Assembly: GCF_964355755.1 (NCBI RefSeq)
Contig: NC_092672.1
Span: 19,543,237-19,607,236 of the forward strand
Direction of reading: 5' to 3'
Length of the DNA stretch: 64,000 bases
DNA from: Antedon mediterranea
Taxonomy: Eukaryota > Animalia > Echinodermata
Shown here in pieces: positions 30,101 through 42,100 of the stretch. How positions within the stretch are numbered: the stretch's first letter is position 1; every line of letters starts with the position of its first letter. The position numbers were made by a program, and so were the translations under genes. Below the pieces are notes generated by a model that worked only from the letters and a program-made list of their open reading frames with translations, was not told where the DNA came from and did no database searches.

Positions 30101-33100
30101 ATGAAAAAATATACTAAATTATAAAACATTACATAAAATTGTTTCAACTAACTTACAGCTGTATCTGGAAATTGAAAAAAATGAATGTTATATATGTGTT
30201 ATTGAAAATGAAAAGCATATGTTCTTATATTGTATACATAACAAACATTTTTATAGGAATAGACAATAGCAGAAGTTCATTTAAAGTAGGGCCTACCTCT
30301 TTAATGCAGGCTCAGATTGTCTACAGTATATACATACTGTATATACAGTGCAATGCTTTAAGTATCTAATACCTTGCAATTTTATATTCTTTTAACAATC
30401 ATAAATCATACAGGTTTGATAATGCATTTTTTCTCATATATGTATAATTTTCTAACAATTTGAATAAAATAGGTGTTTATCAAGTCAATACTGTATTCAA
30501 ATTTAGAAACAGCTTAATCACAAAATAATGGGATCATTGTGCACTTTGTAATATTAATAATTCATTATATGATGTATTGATACTTTAACACTTCTTTATT
30601 GTATCTTGAACTTTGTTGTTATCATTGATACAATAATACATGAATCAAATGTCAACAATTATAGAGCATTCATATTAACAGTTAATGTTGACTGATATGA
30701 TTTTACTGTACCTTTCATCTCATCTTGAAAATTAAAAAAGTAAATAAAAATTAATCAAATATTAAAAATAATTTAAATATAAAGCTGATGATATTGATTG
30801 CAATTTGCCTAATGAGGTTTGATGATGAAAATAAGAATTCAGCAGGGTGAATTTTCAATGCGAGATGTAGGCATAAGTAATAATAACCTGTCATTCTTTT
30901 AAAATACAAAATAAATTTGCAAATTGATGGTAAATACCATTTTAAAAGAGTTTATATGAAAGTATTTGTATGAAAAAATTGAATTATCATATGCATTTAT
31001 TATTTTTAGAATGGATCAACACCTCTGATTGAAGCTGCAAATAGGGGTTTTCACGAAGTCTGCTTGGTCCTTCTCAATAAGGGAGCTGATGCAAATCAAC
31101 AAAACAAGGTACTTTCACACATTGTATTTTAAAAATTTTTAAATACATAGGTGGACAGTACATACTAATAACAATTTATGTTTTGTCATTGATAATGGGA
31201 TTGTAGGATAATTCAAAATTATTACTAGTTCAAAATCTAGACTAGTAGTATATTTAATTTGTTTGAAAATGTATACCACAAATATTTGTTGACATGTGCA
31301 CAACAAATAGTTTGTTTATTTTGCCTAATTTATCACTCAACTTTGTTACTCTATTTTGTAAAGAAATTAATCAGAGCCTTATCATTAAATGTTTACATTA
31401 TTTATATGCAGTATGTTTATTTACATATTTCTTGGTAGCAGAAATGAAGCTCACCTTATTCTGTCATATTTCCTCACAGTGGTTTGAATTCAGTACATTG
31501 CATTTCATATGCCGTTTCTTATACCTTACTGTACTGTATATTTTTCCCCCTTGACCATAACAAATATTTAAACTTCAATTTAAAAAAAACAATTCTTCTT
31601 TTCTATTGTTTGTAGAATACTGATACTACTATGTCTTGTCACTCAATAAATATTATTTACCACCAAAAACGTACATTGCCTCATACTTACCTATATTTTC
31701 CGAGAACTTTACTTTTACCTGGAAAATGATTTAAATGAAAAGAAGAATAATTACCCAAAAAAGGTGAAAATCATTATGTAGTTAAATGTAATAATGAGGG
31801 CACAATTATTGTTGTTATTTTTTAGCCATTTCATGCATGGATTACCACAATGCTTTCTTATTTATGTTATAATCTGTTTTTAAAAATGATTTGATAATAA
31901 ATATCTGCTAATTAATTAATTAATGTATGTTTAAAATAAAAAAAAACAAAAATGAAATTAATTCTAAATAGGCCATGTGGTTTTTCTTGGTCAGAATAGC
32001 ATATAGCTTGTTAGATTGAATTAATTAATGGAGGTTTGCGCAGGGTTTTTGGGGTTTGTGCAGTTTAGCAATACCCCTGTGTTATTGATCTTGATCATCA
32101 AGTTAGTGAGGGTTTTAATATATTCCTGTCAGTCTGAATGGCAATATGCTATATGGTGACAAAAATAATAATACATAGCCATGTCCTATATTGAATCCCA
32201 AATTCATAAGTTTTTATGTAGACTTTGACAATATTATTTGCATACAAACCAGCAGCCACTTCCAGAAATGAGGCACTTTTGCGCTACCTAACAGGTAAAA
32301 GGCAACGCAATAGGGGGCGCAATTGCGTTTGCAAAGGAGTTCACAATAACACTAGAAGCTAAGTTTCTCAAAGGTATGACCCCTTTTAGCAATGGGCTTA
32401 GCATCCAGTGAAGCTAAAATCCTCTCTAAAATTGTGCGATAAATCGTGACATTTTGATGCCGGACATAACTACTAATTTCACCCCATCATTTCCCACACT
32501 TGTGTTACCAAGTCCTTGGTAATATACCTCATAAATGCTGCACCTCCCCGTATGGAAATATTTAACAGTGGCTTTTATATTCATACAGCAGAAACTGGAT
32601 AACAAGATATGAAGCAACAAACAAAAATTTATATAAAAATATCTTACACAAAGAATGAATAGGTTCACATTAAAAAAAACTTATACATTCACTTTGTGAT
32701 TGGCCATTGTATTGGTCTAAGTTTAAAAATGACTTCACAAGCTTTGTTCAATCGCATTTTAAAAATAAACTTTCAATGAACAATTCTGATAATTATTAGA
32801 ACTGTGCATACACTGGACTTATACAAATGCACAGATTAATTGTTTGTTTTTTATAATCGTCTACCGACTACTGTATCATGTAAAACTTTTAGGTTCCTTA
32901 CTCCAAACATGACTTTGAGTTAACAACTCATAAACTATTATTTTTTTTATTGTTGAAAGAGAAATTGAACTTGAATGTATCACCTGGTTTCTACTTACCG
33001 TATACATCCTTGAAACTCATCAAGATGCAGATACAATCACTCATAAAGTTATACAATTTATTGTAATACTTCCTATTATATTGTATACACATATTTCTTT

Positions 33101-36100
33101 TAATGCAAAATCAATCTGCAAATGTTGCATGGTTCTTATCATCAGACCAGGTACATTGCACCTACTTTTATTTCATACTTTTTTCAAACTCATTGTCAAC
33201 AGTTCTTAAACAAAATTGACTTCATTGTCTGTTTAAATATTTTGATTTTGATTATTATAATTTTTGATATGAATTGATTTTTTGTAAAACAACATAATAT
33301 TAAGTACGATCTAGTGAGTGAGTGGCCGAGCGGTTAAGACAGTGGAACCGTAATTACGTAGCCATAACATCGGCAGGGGTTCGAGGCTCACTCACTCCAT
33401 GGGTCTGGTGGTAGAACGAGTCTTCTCGGATAAGGACTATAAACCGTAGGTCTAGTGTACACATCTAGCTCGTGTGCACTTTAAAGAACCTAGTACATCT
33501 TTCGAGACGATCAGTAGGGGGTTACCCCGGTGTATTAGTACATCACAGCCACTGATCACCAACTGGGCCCTCTGGGAGACCAGTCTTTGACTTTACCCAG
33601 TATAAATATAAATTTCAATTTCAATTTCAAATCATTTTCTTTGCATCTTTTATTCACCACTGATGTAATAATGTTATGTTATTAAATGCAACTCTTAATA
33701 GGTCAAGGGTCAAATAATAAATATATATTGTTATTGTATACTATTTATTTTCACAAATTTTATTATTATTACTATATTATAACTTATATTATCAAGGTTC
33801 TATCTTTTATTTTTTAATGAATCCCAAAAGTTTGAGACCTGTCAGTCTGTAAAGCTGTGGACAGAGATAAAATCCTTTTTTTTGTATTATAAATAAAGCA
33901 TGGCTTCCTGAGCTCCATTTGATTCTTTCAAAGTTAAAATGATATATATACTAAAAGGAAAATAATATGTGTTACTAAGTCACGTATCCATGGTGATTGT
34001 GATGACAGGCCCAGACTCTATACTATACATGATATTACGATACCATCTGAATTAAATATTCAGCCAGTGTGCAAAAACTTCTGGATACTATTTAAGTTGA
34101 TTATCAATGAAGCATTCCTATAATTATATAATATGGTTCAAGCCACAAAAGAGAACAAAAATGACAGTGCATTTAACATCGTGTATAAGAGAATGACAAA
34201 TTTGAATAAAGTATAAAAGCATGAAAGAGTATAAGAGCATAATGTCAATACAGAGAAGAGATTAGTGGTTTTCTGTAGTTTGCAACGCCCTTTTCATTAA
34301 TTGGGTACGCTGTGTGTTACTTAGAGCATTGTCACACATTGCATACAAAAACAAGTCATGATATTATTTTATGCTCACAAAACTGAATTCAGAAGAACAT
34401 CAAGCATATATTTCTGAATAAAACTGAACAAAAATGAAATAGTAGTTTCTATAATTAAATTGCTTTTAAAAAAATTATTTGGGATTTACACTACCCATCT
34501 GAATATACATGCACCTTAATCTGAATACCTTATCCAACATGATTACAGTGTTTAAACAGCGAATAATACTATGCCTTTGTAGATTCATTCCATAACATAG
34601 TTTCATTCCATTAAAACTACAATAGTAACATTATCGTATAACCTATATAACCTACCACTTTTTAATAGAATTAACTGAATGCTATCATCTCTTTAACTAT
34701 TTAATACACAATAACATCTACCTGTCTATGATAGTGCAGCGTGTCAATCACAGCTAAAGACACCAGTTGTACACCTTTGTGTCTTATTATCCAATGCATT
34801 CCAACACAATGCTGCTCAGACACATGATGGGATCAGATTGTTTTTATATAATTGTCCTTTATTACTAATTATAATATTGACAACCATTCTGATGTTTATT
34901 CATAGTTGTGCAGAGCCATGATAAATACAATTGTCACAGCTTGAATAAGGTAACAGGGAGAAATTTAAATGAAAACCTTCCTCAAAATATTATTTCTCTG
35001 CTCAAATGCTGGATTGTAATGAGTTTTTAATATTAAATGTGTCTATATAATTTATTGTTTGTTAAGTAGGTCTTTTACCACACTGATGTTTATATGTGAA
35101 ATGGTTAAATGTATTCAGATTGAGATCTTTTGAAAAATACATATATACAAATACACCAAAAAAAAAAAAAAAAAAAAAAAAAAAAAGCATCTACCCTGTA
35201 TGTGATGATACACATGGGGTCAAATCATTTTTCTATTCGACCTATTCGCTAGGACAGAATAATCTGGATTTTTTTTTTAACTACCACACTTTATTTCAAA
35301 AGATAACATTTTTTAGCATAATTATTTTTTTTGTAAAATGGCTGCATAATTAGTTATCCACACCTTGGAGGATAACTCTTTGTGATTGTATAAAATGATC
35401 ATCAACTTGTTTTATCTGTATTATTCTTCTTTCATTCCACATTTCATAACTTCGTAAAGTTGTGCACCTACTATTTTTTTTAAACGTCAGAGTTACGCAA
35501 CATGACTTTCGCCCGATTTTATGAATTTAAATGATTGATCATATATCAAAAAACCAAACGTCATTTTGTATTGACACTTTTTTAATTTAAGTCATATCAA
35601 GAGTCAACTTTCTATGGATTAAAAATGGCATGTTTCACAAAGTTACGCGCACAAGATTTCTTACAACCAACACCTGCACTTGCTGTAACTTAATGCGTAT
35701 TCTCGGTTTGTGAACTTAATTCTCTTGAATTTTTCATTATAAACCTTTAAAGAATTGAAAAGTCAATTAAACCATATCTAATTTTATTTTAATGACTTAC
35801 TGATTTTGATTTTAAATGCATTATGGCTACTCATACATGCTGATTGCCTTTTTAACCCTATTTCACATTGACTATTCTTATTATTGTACAAGTTACTAAA
35901 TGTTTTAGTTTACTTAATTCACTTCCCACAACCTTAATCAATAATCACCTTGACAAATTTCACTATAAATTTACCTCCTGGTTCATCCTGTTTTTCATCA
36001 CTGTTTTCCTCCTTGTACTCTAAACGCACAAACATACTTTGCCTATTATATTATTCTTAATGTATATATAGTATAAGCCCATGGAGTAATTTATAATTCT

Positions 36101-39100
36101 TCCGTAAGCTTCCTAATTACATGTAAAGATAATAAAAGCGTCACATTTTGTATCTTATTTGTTTTGTGTATTTCAGTTATAAACGGCTACTACTGTAGAA
36201 AACATTTTTTTTGTACTGTACGGTAACTATTAATTTAAATAATAATATTTATTATTTGCATATCTACGGACGTACCATAATTTTCTAAATTCTTTTCAAT
36301 TCAATATGTTCTAGCAATACTTTCGAATTCGTAAATAATGTGTACTTGCTTTTTTAACTTCAGATTACGGACGATATACCTAAAGCAGGGAAAAATTTCA
36401 TTTGAAAATTTTGTTTAGCAAAATTGCTAATCAAACTGATTTTTTAGTCAAAAAACATAGTTTTGTATTGTATTTTTTGCTACACAATTGTAGAAATGTG
36501 TAGCAAAAAGGTTGTTTTGTATAGCTTTTTGCTATGCTACACTGGCGAAATTATTCCCTGTAAAGTGTATTTAAAATATACAGTAGTGTAAAATATTCTG
36601 TATTTATTTTTGTTACAATGAAAGTTACTGACCGTAAACATTCATGCATAGCCTACTTTAAAACATAGAAAATGAGACTTCAATTGCAACTCTTGCATTT
36701 TTAAGTTTAACTACGTCAACCTTAAAATCTGTTCGTCAGTAGGGCTCACACAAAGATGGGTGCTGATGCTAGTAATTTATATGATCAAATCATTTGATAT
36801 CTGCTGCTGCAGTTGAGATTCATACACTTTAAAGTAAAGTTTGATTTTATGTGATCACATCATTTCCCTATTATCATTTGATTTATAATTTTAGTTGTAA
36901 TTTTGTTGTTGTCGTCGTGGTGTATGTTGGTGAAACTAAACAAGATGAACGGATTAAAGAATAAAACATCTTACAATGTTTCTATGTTGTGCAGTGAAAA
37001 TAAACTCTTTCAGTGCAATATTATAGAAACTATTTTTATCAAGAAAGAGACCATACAAATACAAATGTTGTTTTATCCTAATGTCTAATACCAACCTTCA
37101 TTCAAAATCAATTATTTTTTTAGGTAGATCAAGATCAAATATAGTTCTGACTTGTTAATGGTCACATGCCAGTATAGTTTATTGGGCTTGCCAGTGACAA
37201 TGACAAAATATTTATTATTTTGGTCTACTATTACAGTAACACTTTTTATCAATTAATGACTGTATAACATATCAGTGCAATGTCCACTATTGTATTTTAA
37301 AAAATCAACAAATATATATATATATTGTTTTTTTATATTGAAACTGAGAAAGGCATATATTCCTGATCTAAAATTATTTTCACTTTGGGATATTTTTGTA
37401 AATTACAACTTTCATAAAAAAATATCATTAAAAAAAAAGACAACATTGTATGTCCGAACATAGTATAAATATTCACATGGTATAAATATATAATTTGTAA
37501 AATGCATCAGAGGTCGTACATTTACAAAATAAAAAGAAAAAAAGGAATTTACATATTTATTTTTATACAGAGGTAAGTGAGTGGCACTATAGCCTTGTCA
37601 GTGTAACTCTGTTATTTTTTTTTTCTGCTATAAATGAGTTAGGAATAAAATTGTCATGTGACAGAATACCAATGTAACATTTTTTCTTTAATCAGTATTT
37701 TAAAACCTGATGATTATGACCTCTTTCCAGGCTGGAAACACTCCACTACATTTACATTTGGCTCCTATATATAAGGATCCTACATTAGAAATGGTGACCT
37801 GTCTCATAAATAAGGGGGCGTCAGTGACATCACAAAATAAGGTAATATATATACAGACAATTTCAGTAATACTGTATGGCAACAATCTTTCACCTACTCT
37901 AGTAAATTATTCTATTCTTTTTTTTTCTTTTTTTTATATCTGGTTCATCATATAATTAATAATAATGATAATTATTATTAAATTGTGTGATTTTTGGTAG
38001 ACCTATTTAAAAAACCATTCCTTCAAAGATGACAATATCTACTATCACAGCGATTTTAAACTGATAGGAAGATTGTGGGTTGTATAATTTATGCTGAGAT
38101 TGGACCTATCGGATATTTCGACGACATGAAGTAATGGCAGTGGGTAGAGATAATGTGCCCGGCTTCATAAGTTATTTAATAAGGGCGTTTAATCCTATAA
38201 CCTATGCTTCATTATTATACTCTGTAGCCACCAGTATTTCAATACTGATCTACACATGCGCACAGCTCGAATCTGAATTAAATGAAAGAAAGAATATTTA
38301 ATGTTATTTTTTGAACAGATTTCAGGATTATTCTCAATGTGTAATTCAATCTAGAAATTGACATTGAAATCTAAATCATTCAGTTAAATAACTCATAAAG
38401 AGCAGACCTCCCAACTATGCTGATAATGGCGAAAGCAATTTTGAATATACAGAAAAATATCCTGATATTTCTAATCTCTATTAAGACTCTAGATAAGAAG
38501 AAAAAGAAAATATGCTAAATATCCGCACAACGTTTGTAATAAATTCATGTATTGTTTAATAATTAAAATATTTGTATTTTCCGCCATTTGGCATACCCAT
38601 ATTTACTATTATAAATACCAAAACCTTTACATTTTTAGTAGCGCCCTCTATGGTCTAATGTATTTTTCAAAATATTATAGCGCCCTGTATAGTTTGGACA
38701 TGATTTCATAAAACCTCCCAATATATCATTTGATTTGTTGAGAGGTGACAAACTTATAACAGCCGATTATATAAACTGAATAACAATGTATTTTACTTTA
38801 CTGTTAGTGTATTGTCAATTATAGGCCTTTTGCTTATTTCATAAAGACAATACACATTAAACAATGATTCGATAAAGATTGAAATGTTGAATCATGAATT
38901 CCCTAATATTATTGTTGTTGTTGTTGGCGTCTTTGCCGCACCCAACATTTCCAGAAAAAAGGGTGACTATTTTTGGACAAAAATCACTCAAGCGTGACTT
39001 GTGTTTTTCACATGGTAATACATGAAATTTGATCACTAAAATGCTTTAATTGTTGCCATTAGGGTATGAAAACATAGGGTTTGCCACAAAAATTGTAATG

Positions 39101-42100
39101 AATGTACTATTAGGTTAGGATATATGAGTATTGTGAAAACATGGGTTTTATATTTTATTTGCATTAAAGTGATTGTGTTGGAAATAGATTAACATCGTTA
39201 CCATTTAAGATAGTTAAAACAAATTATTTTATCACATGTGAATTATGGAATTATTTTTAAGGATAAGATAAATACAGCGTCACACTTGACATTCTTCTTT
39301 CACAAAAAAAAAATTAAACTTCATGATTCATTTTTTTTCCACAGAATGGAAATCCTCCACTATATGAATACCTGATTGAAAACCCCAACCCTACTCCAGA
39401 AATTGTGAAATTTCTCATTAAAAATGATGGTGCATTATTGACATTGCTAAATAAGGTAATCTACAGAAAATTGTTTGAAATTGCTTACATAAATAGATGT
39501 AAATTTGATGCAGAATGATGAACTTTGAGGACGGTAATTAACAGAGCTTGACGTTTATTTCGTGACAAAAGTCGGCATCTTCCGCAGACCCTGTGCACTC
39601 AAGTTTAGTGTTTGAGAAGTTTCTGCATTAGAAAGTCTAGATCTTATTAAAAAGGATAAACTAAAAACGCCCAATTAAAACCTTAAAAGAGGCATACGAG
39701 GATGTTTGTTTATACTAATATAGCTAATGTCAAAAATGTAGAAACACTAACAGCTTTTAGTAGTAAATAAAAAGTCAACACCAGCTATGTAGAATCGTCA
39801 ACAGCTAATAGTAAGGAAATTTCCTCACAGCTAATTAGTTACTAATGCTATTATGTAAAAATATATATTTTACAAACCTATTTAAGAGCCATTGTCTGTA
39901 AAAATCAAAGATTTGGTGGCAGATGTAAAAAAATGGATTTCTCTCAAATTTTTACCATGAATAGACATTTCAATAAAAAGCATATCTACAACATTCATTT
40001 TAATTTTTAGCCTCCGTTGCCATGACAACGGTCAATTATCCAAATTTTGATGTTTTTGCCATTTTTCACAGATTTTCTATAGTGAAAAAGTACAAACTTG
40101 TATACTTATTCTAACCAAAAATACTTACAGTATACAGTTTTTGTTTATAGCAGTGTAAACAACATGTATTGAGTTCCATTTAATGTAGAAAAAAAAAAAA
40201 ATTACAAAATGGAGTTTGGTTGATACCATTATTTTAAAAAGGGGTGTTTTTAAAAAATATTTTTTTTATAAAAGTATACCTCATAAACGTACCTATAACT
40301 TCCAAAGTGGTGTTTTTAAATCAATGAGGTTTTTTAATTTGATAGTCAATAGGTTTGTCAACAATAATCACGAAAAAAACACTGGGGTAAATTTCGTACA
40401 TAGGTTTTGTGTTGCCAGGAAAATACAAAAAATACAAAAAATATAACAAAATATCAACAAACAAAACACATGAAACACAATTTAAATATGGCTAATTCAA
40501 TAATAAAATGTATATATGGCTTGTCATAATGCTACTAGAGTCATACGAATAGTTTAGATAAAATAGGAGAATGTGTTGCCAGGTTTATTTCATTTAATTG
40601 CCTGAAAAACAGTATTTTGCATTGAAATATTTAGTTGATGGAAAATAATGTTAAACTTGGAAATAATTGAGTCAATGGTTTTTATAAATTTTTAAATCTA
40701 TTTTGTGTAAAGAGATACAAAGACCTCCCAAAAAATCTGACCTTGTAAATAGGTCATTTGAGGTCAAAAGGGGTCAGAATGCAAAAACAGGACAGGTCCC
40801 CACTTTACTACAACTATTAATGTTTGATCAAAATTTACAAGATAGTTCATAACAATTCTCAACAATTTTTATATTTTACCTATAGTGTTACCTTAGCAAC
40901 CATTTCCATGTGTAACTAAGGAAAGTAATTTAAAAAAAAAACGTAAAAAATGGCGTTTTTATAAATACAAAGAATTGATTGCATTTGTAATTTTTCCCAA
41001 TTTGACTTCTACTGCATTCCATTAATGACAAACTTGACCTTGTAAATTCATTCATTTTGAGGTCAACATTTTACCATAGTAACTGTTTCTATGCGAACAT
41101 TTAAAAAAAATAAGGGGTTTTTCATAAATACAAAACATTTTTTCTACATAGTTTTACATTTCTACTTTTTGCCAAATTTACTTTAAATACTGAATCCTAA
41201 TAATCTCAGAAAGAAAGTCTTGACGAATCTGAATAAAGGTAAAAAAGCGTTTAGTGTTATCTTAAACCTGTTTACGTAACAAATGATATTTAAATATGGA
41301 GTTTCATGAAAAAAAAAAAAATTTACATATTGAGGTAAAATGACATCAACGTTTTACCTATAGTGTATTGTAGCAACTGTTTCTATAAGTAACTAAGTAC
41401 AATATTTTTAATATGGGGTTTCATGACTACAAACAATTGAATACATAGCTTTACTAACTTCCCAAATTTACTTATCTACTGAATCCCAGAAAATGTCTGA
41501 CCTTGTGAAAGGGTCATTTGTTGGGTCAAGTTATGTCAAAATGTATTATTTATGTTATCTTAGAACCTGTTTCTATGCGTAACTAAGGATAATTGTTTTT
41601 TTTAATACAGTTGAACCTCCCGTAAGTGGCCACCCTCGGGACCTGGAAAAATGGCCGCTTACGGGCGGTGACCCCTTACGGGAGGTTCTGCCGATAAAGG
41701 GCCAAAATCACTTATTATGGCTATATACGATATTCTTAACGAAACGAGCGTCTCAATTTTCCAGCTAATTGTAGGCCTATTATTATTTATAATCAGGTGG
41801 TTTAGTATTTTTTAGCATTTTCAGACAAATTTTAAAAACTTTTATCATATAAAAAATGGTCGGTCAAAATCTGTGTAGTTTTCTCATCTCTTCACAGTAA
41901 TGTTTTTAAAACCTCTTCAAAATAAAGCTAATATATAAAGAAATACAATAAACATGCACCTCTAATTCATAGGTCCATGCAATAAGTATCACATTTTTCG
42001 ATTGGCCGCTTACAAAAAATCTCATTTTTAGTATAAAAAGGTGCCCGCAGCTGCTTACGGTAAGCACCAAATGCACTAATTAGATAGGAAGAACAAACAG

